Below, in pieces: positions 12,901 through 27,900 of a stretch of DNA of 60,000 nucleotides. The stretch comes from Lytechinus pictus (taxonomy: Eukaryota). The DNA lies in assembly GCF_037042905.1 (NCBI RefSeq), contig NC_087251.1:16990001-17050000 (forward strand), in the 5' to 3' direction. Position 1 is the first letter of the stretch; each line of letters opens with the position of its first letter. A program made the translations under genes and the position numbers. The notes below the pieces were generated by a model that did no database searches, had not been told where the DNA came from, and saw nothing but the letters and a program-made list of their open reading frames with translations.

Positions 12901-15900
12901 TTTCTTTTATTGTGAATGTATATTTCTTTTGAAGATTTCAGTTGTTCATGTCGCACAGATATGAACTTGAATTCCCTTTAGTAAGGTATAGCCCATGCAT
13001 TATCAATCACACAGGAGTGTTACAAGTAACTGGTGATTGATTCAGATACCATAGCCTAATTAGTTATCCATTCTGTATCAACCAGCAATGTCGATATAAT
13101 ATTACCTTCTCCGGCATGACCAATGCAGGCGCGCGCTGGTCCCAGAATTGTTCAGGGGCTGTATGGAATAGCCGACGCCTATAGACTGTACGTTCCAAGG
13201 TACATACGAACGTCTGCAATGACCCAACCAGATGATAGCAGCCAGGATAGTACCGGGATAGCCTAACATTCGCATGATCAGTAATCATGTTATATTAATC
13301 TAAGACTAAACATCTAACACAACAACAAACATTGCATTGACAGTGGTTCTTTCCTCCTCTAATGATACTAGCAGAAAAACATTTATGGGCAACACGCACA
13401 AACGAATTATCTATTCTAAATACAGATATTACCTGCAAAGATTGGACCTATGTACTGCATAGGCATACAATTCTAATTCTTGGGACCCTTCACAGAAAAC
13501 AAATATCCAGCATAAGCCATAGGAAGAAACACGAATTTATTTCATTACAATCGAATGTGCACATTTGCACTTGCCTTAGGCGTTTGTTTTTCATTGCTTC
13601 TGAATGTAGCTCTTTCTATGACGGGCCATTACAGGAAGACTAAACTGTGAAGTGGGTAATGTTCGTGTTTGTGAATAATCATGGATCCTACCAGTTCTAG
13701 TAGGATCAATGGAACAATGGAAGCTGAGATGTATGTTTGATTTGATGTTGACGAATTGACTCCGAGAAGTACCTACACAATAGAGTTATCCCTCCCTCCC
13801 TCAGTTGCACGGAGGGTAACAAACTGTTACCAGTTTTTGGATGAAGTCCAGGGCCCGGTTGCAGCTCAAAGGAGAAGTCCCTAAAACCCGCGCTTTTGAT
13901 AGACTGAAAACCAGGGTTTCGTAACACAAAGGTTGGCGATAAATCGTATGCTTGATATTCACAATAATTGATTGTACATTGTAGTCAATGGAATCAATCG
14001 TTAAAAAAATGTTCTTATATACGATGAATGCTGAACTTTGTGTTACGGGCCCCAGGTTGTATTTAACTCTTGGTATTGCATGTCAGTAAGGGGCCCCAGC
14101 ATGGATGTACGGATGTAAAAGTAAAGTAAATAATATTAACCCAAAACACATAAAAAATGGACTAGAGAGTTATTATGTGATCCACATGCCTAAAAGCCCA
14201 GAGTTACCTATTAAAGAACTTTATATCTAAAAGCTAGATAATAATCCGATTCTATTTGGCACATTTCAAGTGATCATGGTGATGGTATGAAGCAAAGAAT
14301 CACGTAATGAAATGCAAGATAGAATTTGGTACATAATGAGTTTCTGTCTCTCTTTTCTGTTTGCAGCACAATCTTCTTCACAATCATCGTACGTGGAATT
14401 CAATGTTCTCCAGGATGTTGGTATCTCGGCTGCATCACCGGGTGTAGACCTTGTGAGAGGAGAGGAAGAGAACTCGGTAGCATATAAGATCAAACCAAGC
14501 AAGGGTGACATCGCAGCGAATACTGTGGAGGTGCAACGTCTTGGGGAGGCTATGAGTGATGACGGTGGCTTCGTCCTCGTCGCCAAAGTCAAGATGGGAC
14601 AGAAAGCCCGTGGTACCGTTGTGTCCATCGATAACCATGCTCACACGAACCGACTCTTCGGTTTGGTGATCGACCGCAAGGGTGATAAGGTCGTCATGCC
14701 ATATTCGTATACAAGGGATGGTGTCACTTCTGAGGATTCCTTAGAGTTTTCAGGCCTTAACCTCGTTGAAACGGAGGAAAGGGATTGGCATACCTTCACG
14801 TTGGATGTGCAAGGAAACTTTGCTATCCTCTATGCAGATTGTACAAGGATTGGTATACAGATCATGTATGGAAGCTTCGTCCATGACGTCACACCGGATC
14901 AGTATTCCCTCAGGCTTGGAAAGGGACTCAAGGGACGAAAAGACGTACCCGACTTTAAGGTAAGTAGGCCGATATGCAACATTTCACTGAAATGAAAAGG
15001 CGTTTGTTACGACAGTACAGGCGATGGGCGTAACTTAACTGTGTACGGATGTTAATGCGATTTGTCATGGTTACTTGGAAGACATGTTATGTTTCCCAAA
15101 TATACTTTAATTTTGAGGGGCATTTAAAAAAACCAAGCTTCGGGCTTAGAAGCTGTGCATGCTGTGGAAGCCTTTTAGGTTTTTCAGGGGATTTTCTTTA
15201 AACGTGTGCTATTCTAATACCACTCCTAATACCAACACAATAAACTAGTTTTATTGGTATCACAGCATTGTATACACGTAATACGCAATATTGTTCATTC
15301 AGGTATTTTGACTTGAAATAGGGTAGGACAGGTTCCCTTTCAATTCTAAATCAGAAGTCGCTGATTTATGAGATCCTTTTGCGACTGTCTTCAGATAAAC
15401 ATACAATGCACTCCGCATCGATTCAGAACAAAACTGTGCAGTGTCACGATTCTTGGGAAATCATTCATAGTTCGGACTGAGGTATTAAAAAGTATACATG
15501 TATATATGCATGTACGGTATCTTGAGTCAGTATTTATTCTCTAATCTTGATATCAAATAACTTTTATTCAGTAAAATGAATATGATTTATCTTCGAGGAC
15601 ACTTACAGATTATTAAGGTTGGAGAAAACATTCGTAAGAACTCGGAGGTTGTATTCATTACCCCTTCTAGCTTCCTGATAAGTGATTGCATCAACACGAT
15701 ACACTAACGATACAATCTACATGTAGACACCCCGGTGTGCGAAACCAGGAGATTAAATTTCGACCTGTCCAGTAATGTTAACAACGTGATGAAATGATAT
15801 ACACTCTTTTCAATACATGGGACTGTATACAGGTATATTGACCTACTAAAGCTACACTATCATGGCTATCGCGGAGGACTTAAATCTTCAAAGAGTTGCG

Positions 15901-18900
15901 TGCGTGATTATCATCTTGATATTTCAATAGCTAAATATTTTTTTCGCTATTTAAGATATAGTGCACAACTTTAAGTGGAAGCTAATTGTTCTGTATTATA
16001 CGTTCAAGATTATATTTCTATCGATACGTCTGATATCTAGAATAATTGTCGCGTTGAACAAACGCAATTTAATTTGTTCTGATATGGAAATGAGATAATC
16101 AAAGCTAATCAAAGGAAAGAACTAGGCTAAACGTTTGGCTGAGCCTGCTCTATAACTCCACACCTGTGAAAAATTATAATGAAAATAAACGATGCTATGT
16201 TAAAAGCCAGACCTTTGTCGGTGCCAAAGGAAATATAAATCTACAAAGGGGTTACATAAAATAATAACAATACATGTAAGCAGAAAAGTAAAAACTCTGA
16301 CAAACCAGGCTTTCGTTTTGCTGATAAAATATAGAGATATTAGAATGTCGTTGCCTAATTTGTTAATAAGCCTTTTGATTTGTCAAAAGTGCAGTTCATT
16401 TGCTATTTGGATGTCTCACTCACCAATAAGGAGTTTCCCCTCCAGCAAGTTATAATTAACAAAATAATAATGTACGCACGTTCCTCGCTTTTAGAGCCAT
16501 GCATATTGAAATGAAAGCATGTTGCACGGCGATCTATCTTTGATAACATTTCTTTACACTGTGAACTTTCTTGGATGGTAGTAATTTTTAGTTTACTTTT
16601 TTTTTCGAATCGACTCGAACGTGTTATTTTATCAGATTGAAACAAGGTGATTTTAAAAAAGTCATTGTCGTTTCGTCATTTGGGCTTGTATCTATCATTT
16701 TGATATGCATTGACGGTTAAAATTGTTTTCATTTCAAATCAGCCAATTAATCATGTTTGAGGTGGTATATGTCACCTTAAATCAAACATAGGCCTACTAT
16801 TCTATAGAACAGTTGCAGTATCCTAACCATTGCTACAAGGTTGTCTGTTTCTCATCCAGATATCATCAAATATGTGTGATGACGACATAAACCTTGGATG
16901 TTACCATTAAACGAACATACAGTTCGGAATAAAGCACGTACATCTATTATCTACGAATATCACGCCAACTTTATCACCCCAGTGGAGTTTCGTCAAAATA
17001 TCAGTTACTGTGTTGCTTTATCGCATATCGTATATAAGCAATGGCGAACAAAACAACGGTTTAATCTTACAAATTATATTCTAATTTTGTGGGTTTATAA
17101 AGTTATTAAAAATCTTTATATATTTTCAAAATGTATCCATGAACAAGGCACAACATTTCAGTAAAGATATGCAATTTTTAAGCATCAGTACAATACAGTG
17201 TACTTCATAACTGTTAGTTCGAAAGTTGAGTAAATGATATAATTGTCTCGACATTCTAACTTTTTGTTAGAAAAGACACGCACCAAAGAAATTGAAGTCT
17301 GTAGAGAGGAAAACTAACCTTTCTTTTTAACGCGTTCGTTGAAGCCGCATGTTTCAGAAAAGACGGGAATGCAGGAATGTTAATCTGTTCACCCTCCTTG
17401 AAACTTTATTTATTCTTTACTAATACTACTGTATACCTACTGGGTCATAAAGATCATTCATTAGTCTAACTTCAAAATGAATAAAAGTCATTATCTTTAA
17501 GGAATGTTAAAATCTTCTTAAATCTGCGAAAGTCTATGATTATAGTTGTGTAAACTTAATTGCTCTTTGAAGCCCCGTTTGAAGCTTCACTCCCGATCGC
17601 AAACCTTTTCCCGTGCGTAGGGCCTATACTCAAAGCATGAAGATTCTTAATCATGTTAAACAAATAGTAACATCTACAGAATAGCATGTTTCTGTTCACA
17701 AATAGGATAATTAAAGACATGGTAGACATACTGATTTATCATAATGAATATTATTAGAGAGGAAAGGTGATGTATTTTTCGCCTCCTCTAAAGTTATCGG
17801 AACGGGAATGTGCAGTCATTAGATTGTCAATAAAACGAAAGCAAGAGATCTTCTTTTTAGTAAACGGATATGGCTTACAAAACTATCTGTTCAATTGGAT
17901 ACAAAAACGAGTTGAAATATCGGCTTATACATGTATATCAATCAATAATCATTCAGAGAAGAAATCTCTATAAAATTAGTCAATATTTGAATAGAAATAT
18001 ATTCTGTGGTGGACTGGAAAGAAGTTTATCATATTTTCTTTTCTACAGACACAAATAATTGATAAACAGATACATTGGTCTTATTTTGGCCCGTATCATC
18101 TGTGCATTAATGCGTGTAACTCGCTACATGCACTAAGCATAACATTGGGTCAGATGCATACAAATAATCAATTGCTTTTGCAAGGCTTTTGCTTGATTCC
18201 GTATGCATAAATATGAGCAAGAAAATGCGTATGATAGTAAGTTCAAGCAATCTCTAGTTAGCATTTCCTTGACGGTTATATTGCTAAAAAGCGTATGCAT
18301 GAAGTGAGCATTTCGCTTGTGCGTTTAAAGGGGAATCCAGCCTTGGCCATAAAATGTTGCGTTGGGAAGTAGAAAAATAAATTAAACAGAATGGTAAAAG
18401 TTTGAAAGAAATCGGACAAGCAATAAGAAAGTTATAGCTGCTTTAAAATTGAGATCACTAATACTATGTAGATTTCAAATTGGCAACTGGGTAAGTAAAT
18501 TATGACAAGGGGCAAGGACAACTTTCCTATAGGCCATGTACTTTATTATCAGGGATTTGTGGTTTTCTCCTAAGTACCCATTCCCCTGGGGCAGTAATCT
18601 AAATATAACCCAGGAAGTATATTGTTTTATGTCCTCATGAAAGAAAAATTTAATTTGAAATGAAACTTTTGGGAAAAATTACATTTTAGCCATAATATGT
18701 ATTGGAGTACATGGAAGAGTAGTCCTTGCCTTACATCACTATGACATCCCATATGCGGCCAATTTGAAGTCTCCATGGGTATAGTGATTACCAATATTTA
18801 CAACTTTTAAAAATTCATTACTTTCTTGTTGTTTGTCCAATATTGTTGAAACTTTCACCTATTAACTTGTCTGATTTTTCTTTTCCTTATAAAGACAAGT

Positions 18901-21900
18901 TTTTATTTGGGTTGGATTCCCCTTTAAGCACTTGCCTGGGGTTTTTCAAGCTCCGTCAGAGCAGCTTGAGCGTTTGCTTGATCAGGACGTTTGCGTTTTC
19001 TTCCTAATAAGTGCAAACCAAATGCCAAATGCATCTGACCCATTGGCATTTCATAATGTTTTCAACGAAGTGGGTATATAGTTAAATAGTTTGAACTGTT
19101 GAATGCGGAATAGTCGGACTTTAATATTGTCTATTCTAAATGATTTAGATAAGGTGGTTTCAAACCGCCTCGATCACAAGAATCCCCGTTAAATTACGAG
19201 AACTTTTTTAGGCTGAAAAATACCCATTAATTATTCCTGCATTCACACCACCCTGAAACATACCCTTGTTGACCAGCTGTTAAAAGATGTTCATTATTAT
19301 TGGTTAAAAAGGGAAGTATAAAATTGTTGGGCAAGAGAACATTAGATGTTTAAAATATTGCGAAATGTTAGTTGAACATTTTCCAAAGAAATAATGGCCC
19401 AAAATGTTTTTCCACAACAAAATGTGCATGATCCATTTTACGCAACAGATTGAGCAAAATCTTCTCAATACACGGGATTATAAAAACAAATGATACGCAC
19501 ACTGGTGTCCGTGAACTTTGGGGCACCCCTAAAAAGGTTCCACAACCTAAATGAAAAAAAGGAAAGGGAAAATGTTAAACTGGGTAATGATTTTCTGGAT
19601 ATATGTAAATATCTGTCACAAAATTAGCTTTTTCGTTTTAAATGACCACTTTTATCTTGCTCGTTTCGCTCCCTTGCGATTTTTAAAGACAATTTTCACG
19701 TAGGCCATACTCTGTGCTCCCTCTATTTTGCAACCCATTTTTACTTCTTTTGTATAACGTCAGTCATCGTAAAAAATGATAATAAATCAATGTATATACC
19801 TGACCATATAATTCATTCCGTTCGAGCACTTTTGTGATCATCATCGTTTATATTCATATACGAATTGTTTAATTTGACCATCAATAAGATGACTTGAGTC
19901 ATTTTTAGTCGGTGTTTTCCCTTGCAGGGAGTGATAAAAAAGGGTCATGGTCTAAGTTTGTAAAGATTCTTTAGTCGGAAATTATACGTCAGTGACATTG
20001 TAATTCAAACTCTTCCTCTATTTTACGCAATAAAAAAAATAAAATGGCGTCGAGTATTCTTGGAGCAGGCGATTTAAAGATGTCTTTTGAGGACAAGATG
20101 GTTCAGGATGCTCACAGCTTGAGGCGAGGCCGAATCGTAAGGACACCAGGTCATGCTTCTTCCCATTCCAATCACTTCTGACATTCACTCACATCAAAAC
20201 TATAATATTTAAAGGCAATACTCACCTTGCTTTTATAAGAGAGCTTTTATTACATATGAACTTGATTAAACATTACGCTTGACTTACAACTTCAAAGTAG
20301 TTACCGTAACTGAAGAAACTGAAAACCTGTTGTTGCAGAGAATTGTGATCGCAACTCATAAGTAACTATTTAATTGGTCAAAATTTACAAAACCCAATAA
20401 AGAAATGATAATTTGTATGAGATTATTTTTTATTTCAGTGTAATACTTGAATAACGTTAACAGTCCTTCCGGAAGGGGATCTGTCAATGTGTAATTGTTT
20501 CGTCATTATGGGGACAATATTATATTGTTTGAATGGTTTATCATGAACAATATAAGATTGGTCTCAACTCTGATGCTTGTAAATTTGAAGTGCAAAATGG
20601 AACATTTATATTTGTATGGTTTTCCAGAAGGAATATGTCACCGATTGTTCTTGATAATATATGGGTTTGGTTGAAATGAATATATTCAAAGGCAAGTCAC
20701 AAAAATATTATCTTCAGCATTAAGGATGCCATAATGATTAGGTGTGTGCCTTTCTCTTTGTTATTTTTATTCGAATTTAAATTACCATTTTAGAAAAAAT
20801 TTCCGATCAATATTAGTTACATGATTATAGATTTCCTAACTATCCGCATCATTCTAAAATTGAACCGTTGATTTCGTATGAGATGATAAAACTTGTGTTT
20901 CACTATGGACATTTATGTTTAAGAAGTGCCAAACAACAACACTGTTTAAAATTATTTGGTTAAAAATCCAAATCCCTAAATCCCTGTGGAATGCAGGCAA
21001 TTTGAGATAAAAATAAAATTGGACAAAGTTTCTAAGCTCATTTTTTAAAAGTGTGTTACGAAATAAAGATCAACAACAGACGGGCGGGTACACTTTTCAT
21101 GCCCCTTTACTCAATTGTCCAAGGTTTGAATTGAACATTAATATGTATTCAAATGAAGTGCCTGGATATAATGGTATCATCTGTTTACAATATAGTCAGA
21201 TAGTTAAGTGGCTTTTAGTGTAAGAAAACCTTTCGTCTAGAAACCTTGGAACATTGTGTAAGATTGAGGCCAATTGGAAACAATGAAATATACGAGAAGA
21301 AGGCAGGCCTTTTAGTTCTATCACACGAGGTCGCTGTCCACCTGATCCACTGTCTAATTGTAATTTCCTCTGTGAGGATTGATCGTCAACTTTATAATTG
21401 TAATAATTGTAATGTTATAAAATTTAGATTAAAGTTGAACCTAGCTCAGAGATCCGAACCTACGGGCGGCCGATAGGTCTCGGACAACATGGACAAATTG
21501 GCAACTGCTTTGTGGCATGTCCGTGTTTGTAGGTACTGAGCTAAAGTCATCCTTTATCTCTTTTTTTTAATCGTGTAATCATATAGTCGGAAAAATATAA
21601 TTGTATTTTACTTTGTGAAGGGAACCGAAATTACGAATGCCTATGGGCATTTTCACGGTAACTGACGATACACGGCACAGTTCTAAAACAACAAATGATG
21701 GAAGTTTGCTTAAAAAGCAATCTCCCATCATTTGTTGTTTTGGAGATAATCATACACACAATGAAAAGTGTGTAAAATTTTGCCCTTGTAACGTCAGTTA
21801 CCGTGAAAATGCCCCTATGCATGTCTTATTGAAGTTTGATAATTTTATTTGTTTTGTTCAACGTGTTTTGGGCCTCTGCTACGGGAACACTGCTATTCTT

Positions 21901-24900
21901 TACAAACTCCATACCACAAAAAATAAAAGACAGATAATGCAACATTTTATTGCATTTTAAATTATTTGTGTTAAGAATAGATTAAATTTCTTTGGACATA
22001 GCGGTTGTAATAACAAATTCACTCTGTAATTCTTTACCATTTTAGTTTTTAAAAAGGTACATACATTTCTTCCCAGGTCCATGCATGCATGAAGACTAGT
22101 GCTCCATCACACTAGCCTATGTACCTAGTTGAAGTACAGTCCCCCTTTAACGAACGGTGGCTCTCACGCAATGTTTCTCATTACGACACATACTGGTTAC
22201 ATGAACAGATGCGTCATTTTCTCAACAATGGCAATAATCATTTTGTCACCAGTCAAAAGTCAACACAGTTGACTTTTGTCAGGACGATTTACTGTTTTTC
22301 GGATGATCGACCGCCAAATTGAAAATCAGTAGACAGTTAACGATTGGAAGACCGCGCGTAATCAAATCATCACTCATCCAGTGTACTGTCGGGTTAGGAC
22401 CGGGGGCCATGAGCATCCGAGTTCTGGGGCCCATTTCATAAAACCTGTTCTAATAAACAATATTAAGCTAGTGAAATCGTTCATTTTGATTGGCTGGCTG
22501 TAAATTTGTTATAGAAATTGTGCATTTGTTATTGTATCAAGTCTTTATGAAACGGGTCCCAGGAGTGTAATTACTAAGTTTTTTTTCAGACCATACGAGT
22601 GTGATACAGCAAAGGCTAAACAAAGGTGTTTACGAACATGTCAAGACGAAACAAATTGTTTAAAGTAATATCCTCTTTTATTGTTCAGCTTTTGGCATAT
22701 TTTACCATTTCGAACTGGTGAATAATTATATGCTGGTAGCCTAGCACATTTGACTGTAGAATTGCGTCAGTTTATTATCTTTTGGGTCATTTTAAAATTT
22801 TTGAGCCAACACAAGTTTTTAGGTTCATTATATACAATATTTATTTTATCACCACCTTAATCAAAACACGATGATAATGTAAAAAGAATGCAATTTTTAC
22901 CACAAATACAATAACAACATATCATATGAAACAAACGGTTTCATGAGTAGAAATTTGGTCACCATGCATGAAGCATGATTTGAGAGAAAGATCATCATCG
23001 ACATGTCACAGGAATCAGATCATTTTGATTTTGAGATGATACATCTTTATTCTTGGCCCAAACCATCATGAAGTGTCACTCTGCATCTGACGGTAGCTTT
23101 TCATTTGATGGTTTTATCAACAAGGACATCACGATATCATCATACATTTGCTACGAACGGAAAACTATTGATTCTATGAACATAGGTGACTGAAAGTACA
23201 TTGATAAATAGTACCTTTTGATGGTAATTAATGACTCAAATTTTACCGACGTATGCATGAGAGGGAAACATCTCTTCTTCTTGCAGGAAAGAACAGGTAT
23301 CCGTACCTGTTTCCTTTCTTCCTTCACTGGGAGGGAATCAATTTAACAAAGTACAAAGAAGTCACGATATTTACTGAACCCTCGCTAGCTTTACAACCGA
23401 AACGTGATTTAGTATTAAAAAAAAGAGCGGGAGGGTAAAATAAATGTTTCACATTCAGCTGTAAAAAAGTTTCGCAAACTTTCATAAAGACGGGAGTATG
23501 GCAAGCTACTTGGTCTCTCAGTAAATTTAATCATATTCGCCAAAGTTGAAATACGCCGACGCTTATACGTTGTATACTATTTCACCTGGCCTTAGTGTGA
23601 CTTACGACATTTTAGGTGGCATTATTTAAAAATAAATGTCAAAACTTGAAAAAGAAATGATTGAAAAAGTTACACAAATCTTTTACCATACTTCTACTTC
23701 GTAACCAAACATGCGTAAAGTTATGTTTCATTTTAAGAACACCTTCTGACCCCCTGGATAATTTGTACCTTTTGGTTACAACACGTCATTTAATGATGAT
23801 ATGTAGAGATTGGATAGAGTGAAGAGCGCTATAGTTCCCAGATCATACCATCTTGTATGACAATAATGATGATATCATATCGGACAGGTTTCAAATTCCA
23901 TGCATGTCCTTATACACCCTTGACATTCGTGTAACAAGCGAATGTTCGTTCTGGTATTTCTAAACGAGTCATTAGCGGCGGTAATGAAGGACGTAAAACC
24001 CTTACCCTTCACTAAACCCTAGAGATGATTTCTATCATCGTTGCAATGAATCTCAGACAGTATCCATCATATTCCTAGATCTTTCATTCAAGCGTCAAAG
24101 GTCATCAGATTTTGCCATCTATACCTTTCAATTTCATTAATAATTAATCAGAGATAATGTCATCTCCTTAATTGCGGAACTGAGATTGCTAGAAGTTCCT
24201 TGAAGAATGGACATATTTTTGAAACGCTGTCTCTTAAAATAATTGCGTAGCTATAGTGCCTTCTTCATCCTGGCAATATGTACCAAACTTGTTGCCGCTA
24301 GATGACTCACAATTAAAGATTCTATTAAAAAGTAATCATCATGATCATTATGATTATCCACGAATACCAAGGTCAAAGATAAATGATGTCTGAATATTGA
24401 TTTTTGTTTTTCATTGGTGATCCGATGGTATCTTGCTGCCATGGTTACCTTGAACTGTTGAAGACTTTCCATCCATGTGCTTTATTTGGATATGTAGCCT
24501 ATGGAATGCGAAGTGTAGCAAATACCAAGAAACATGGATTTTTTTTAAGGAACTTGCACGAACCGTCGTAAAACCCTATAAGGGCACATGAGAGTAATTC
24601 AACCGCGCGCAAAGCATGTCGGACAGGCGTAAGTAAAGATCACATGACTTTTTTTATTAAAATAATTCATTAAAAATAGATCAAATGTTTGTATATCAAA
24701 AGAAGAACGATAGAGATAATGCTATGTTCATACTCTTTCATAATTAAGGCGTTTGGGGAGGCTAGACTGCATTTTTGTCTTTCATTTTAATTATTATTAC
24801 CCACAATGGAGTTCTGTTTTTTCTGGCAATGAACTGGCCGAAATTATGGTTAGTCTTATTTCAGGCCATTTAACTTTTGATTGAGCTGAGGAAGTACCTG

Positions 24901-27900
24901 ATTAACATATCAAGTCTTAATGTACTGTTAATTGTGACTAATGTCAGTGAATTAAAGCAAAATCTATCGAGGGATTGATTTTTGATGATTTTTTGATGAG
25001 CTATGATATAACACGTGAGTGAATGGGGGTCTGTAATACTCATGTGTGCCCTATAGCGCGACTACACTTCTACACTGTCGTTGCTATGGCTGGGCGTCGT
25101 CTGCTAGAAATCAGTGGTGAGAATGCTTCAAACAGTTTTATACAAAGTGATAGGTTATGTTTAACAGCAGTTGATAAGTATATAACTCGGCATTTGGTGC
25201 ATTTATCGCTTACGATGCTGAAATGACGCTTTCAAATGTATATTCAATGCCTATTATCATTTATCATGCAGAAATGCGAGTTTCTACTGCCAATAGGAGA
25301 TCAGATCTGGTTGGTTTGAGAGTGTGAAATTAAATAAGTAGGGATTTCAAAATGATACATAACTTCTAATTATCATCAAGGATTCCTATTTTCAATATTT
25401 AGAGCACGCCGAGAAAGAAAGATGAACAAAACATTAAAATACATAAACTTGTCTCAGTCAGATGTAGATTGCGCACTTGAATACTATTCACTTCGTTGAA
25501 AGCTAAGGGGGGGGGGGGGGAGCTGAGTCGGGGTACATACCTCATCCTCCTGTCTTGTAAGCAGGGCGGGGTTGATGGTATATATCTATAGCACCCCCCC
25601 CCCCCTCCAGCTTGTGAGTTATAATGAGGAAGAGAGGCGATATAAGCACAAGAATTGCTTACACTCTTTGTTTGTTATCAATTTTCTTTTATTTACTTTG
25701 TTTATTTTTATGCGAATGAAAAAGGTAATAAATCACTTCGAACAAAATTAAACATGCTAACAAGAAGTTTTAACTCCACACAATATATATTTTAGCCCAT
25801 TGATGGACATCAAACAAGTAGAACTTGTAGCTGCAATACCATAACCTATAGGAAGCGCACAAATTATATGAATGGAACACTGTATTTTTACATTAAAATG
25901 AGGGGCGTCTAATGAGACGTTTTCTTTTCTTTTAACGCGTTTAGTCAGATTAGGTATTGAATGCAATATATCAATCTCTTCAGGAGAACCCACTCTTTCT
26001 TTTGAGACCAAAATATTCAACTTTTCGTTGTTTGACCCTCAGTATAGGGCACATGAGAGTAATTCAACCGCGCGCAAAGCATGTCGGACAGGCGTAAGTA
26101 AAGATCACATGACTTTTTTTATTAAAATAATTCATTAAAAATAGATCAAATGTTTGTATATCAAAAGAAGAACGATAGAGATAATGCTATGTTCATACTC
26201 TTTCATAATTAAGGCGTTTGGGGAGGCTAGACTGCATTTTTGTCTTTCATTTTAATTATTATTACCCACAATGGAGTTCTGTTTTTTCTGGCAATGAACT
26301 GGCCGAAATTATGGTTAGTCTTATTTCAGGCCATTTAACTTTTGATTGAGCTGGGCAAGTACCTGATTAACATATCAAGTCTTAATGTACTGTTAATTGT
26401 GACTAATGTCAGTGAATTAAAGCAAAATCTATCGAGGGATTGATTTTTGATGATTTTTTGATGAGCTATGATATAACACGTGAGTGAATGGGGGTCTGTA
26501 ATACTCATGTGTGCCCTATAAGGGGGGGGGGTGAAAAACCTATGCAGTGGCTAAACCGCAGATTCAACCACTCATCATCGCCATTACTCCCCGATCAGAT
26601 ATTTCTTGGTATTTTGCTACACTTCGCATGCCATAGGCTAATTCTGTTCTCTTGGATTTGTATGGGAAATGGAATATTGCAGGAATTTTTAAAGATATTG
26701 TTGTTGATACACCCAGTATGATTCTCCCTGAATTTCTATATTAATGTAAACTATTCACAATATTAGCACAAACTCTCGTTGGAATTGAAACCCGAGGAAA
26801 TTGAAAAGGTATGCAGAATGTTTGCGGGCAGGCCATGCAAGTTGATTGTATGTATCAAGCGCTATAGGTGCCATGAGCCTAATTACATCAGGAGGGCTAA
26901 AGATATTCGTTCGACCCAACCCATTCAAATTTTTTAAATTTGATATTGCTGATTTCCAAAAGTGTATGAATATGATTCAAAATCTAACACTGATTCTAGA
27001 AATGGTAACTACTGAACTTCCTTTGCCCAAATTGGGAAGATATATCAATGATTTGGAACTCTTTTTTGACTGGCGGAAGAATTGGGGCTATTTTACTGTT
27101 TCAGTTGATGAATTTGATCCCATCATAGTTATCTTCATAAATGGCGATTTATTTTTAAAATGAGCTGGTTACGATACCCTTCTCTGGTCAGATATGGAAT
27201 GTCAGATATATATCCTATCCAAAGGTAGTAAACATTCGACCCTCTAATTTCACATTTATTTTTTATGAATTTTTCTTAAGTGCCATTTTAACACACAAGT
27301 CTATGGGGAATGTTTTACGCGCGTGAGACCTATATAAAAGCCAGACAGTATCATTATCTATTTATCTTGGGTGATTAATTTATTCATTTGCTATTTTGTT
27401 TGTAGGGTATCATCGCAGATGTGAAGTTTATATTTGGTATGAGGCGCATGCGTGTTCTTCGTATTCTTGGATGTGATAATATAGAGGAAAGTTCAAGTCA
27501 ATCATCGTCGAGTTCGGACGTGTCACCAGCTTTCGTTGAGCCAAGCCAGAACAGTCAACTCTCTCCATTTGGTGAGTACAGTGTCTTTAAAATACAAATC
27601 ATATTAGTTCCCCTCTTCCCATCCAGCTGTACACTCGACTTCTCTTCACCACACCCCTCCCCCTTTTCCCCCCTCCTCATTCTCATCTTGCCCCTCCCCC
27701 ATTTTCTCTTTTCCCCATGCTTTTTACCTGGCTTAATTCCTACGGTAAAGCAATCTAAACGATCTTCATTCATTTATTCATTCATTCATTCATTCATTCA
27801 TTCATTCATTCATTCATTCATTCATTCATTCATTCATGCATTCATTCATTTATTCATTCATTCATATATATTCATGTTCATTAATTAATCAATTAATTAT

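Noticed and set aside
14266..14963. Antisense and alternate-frame ORFs over the TSPN exon
   Set aside because: Shadows of the GC-richer real exon, with no independent motifs.
19152..19268. Possible truncated transposon end (AGGTGGTTTCAAACCGCC...)
   Set aside because: No partner TIR or TSD in the window.
25023..26721. Two ORFs sharing the start [11 protein letters not shown]
   Set aside because: Both begin inside the duplicated 470-bp element, so they are not paralogous genes.
26846..27163. 105-aa ORF with faint LINE-RT-like text ([15 protein letters not shown])
   Set aside because: No YxDD or other RT motifs; a profile search would be needed.
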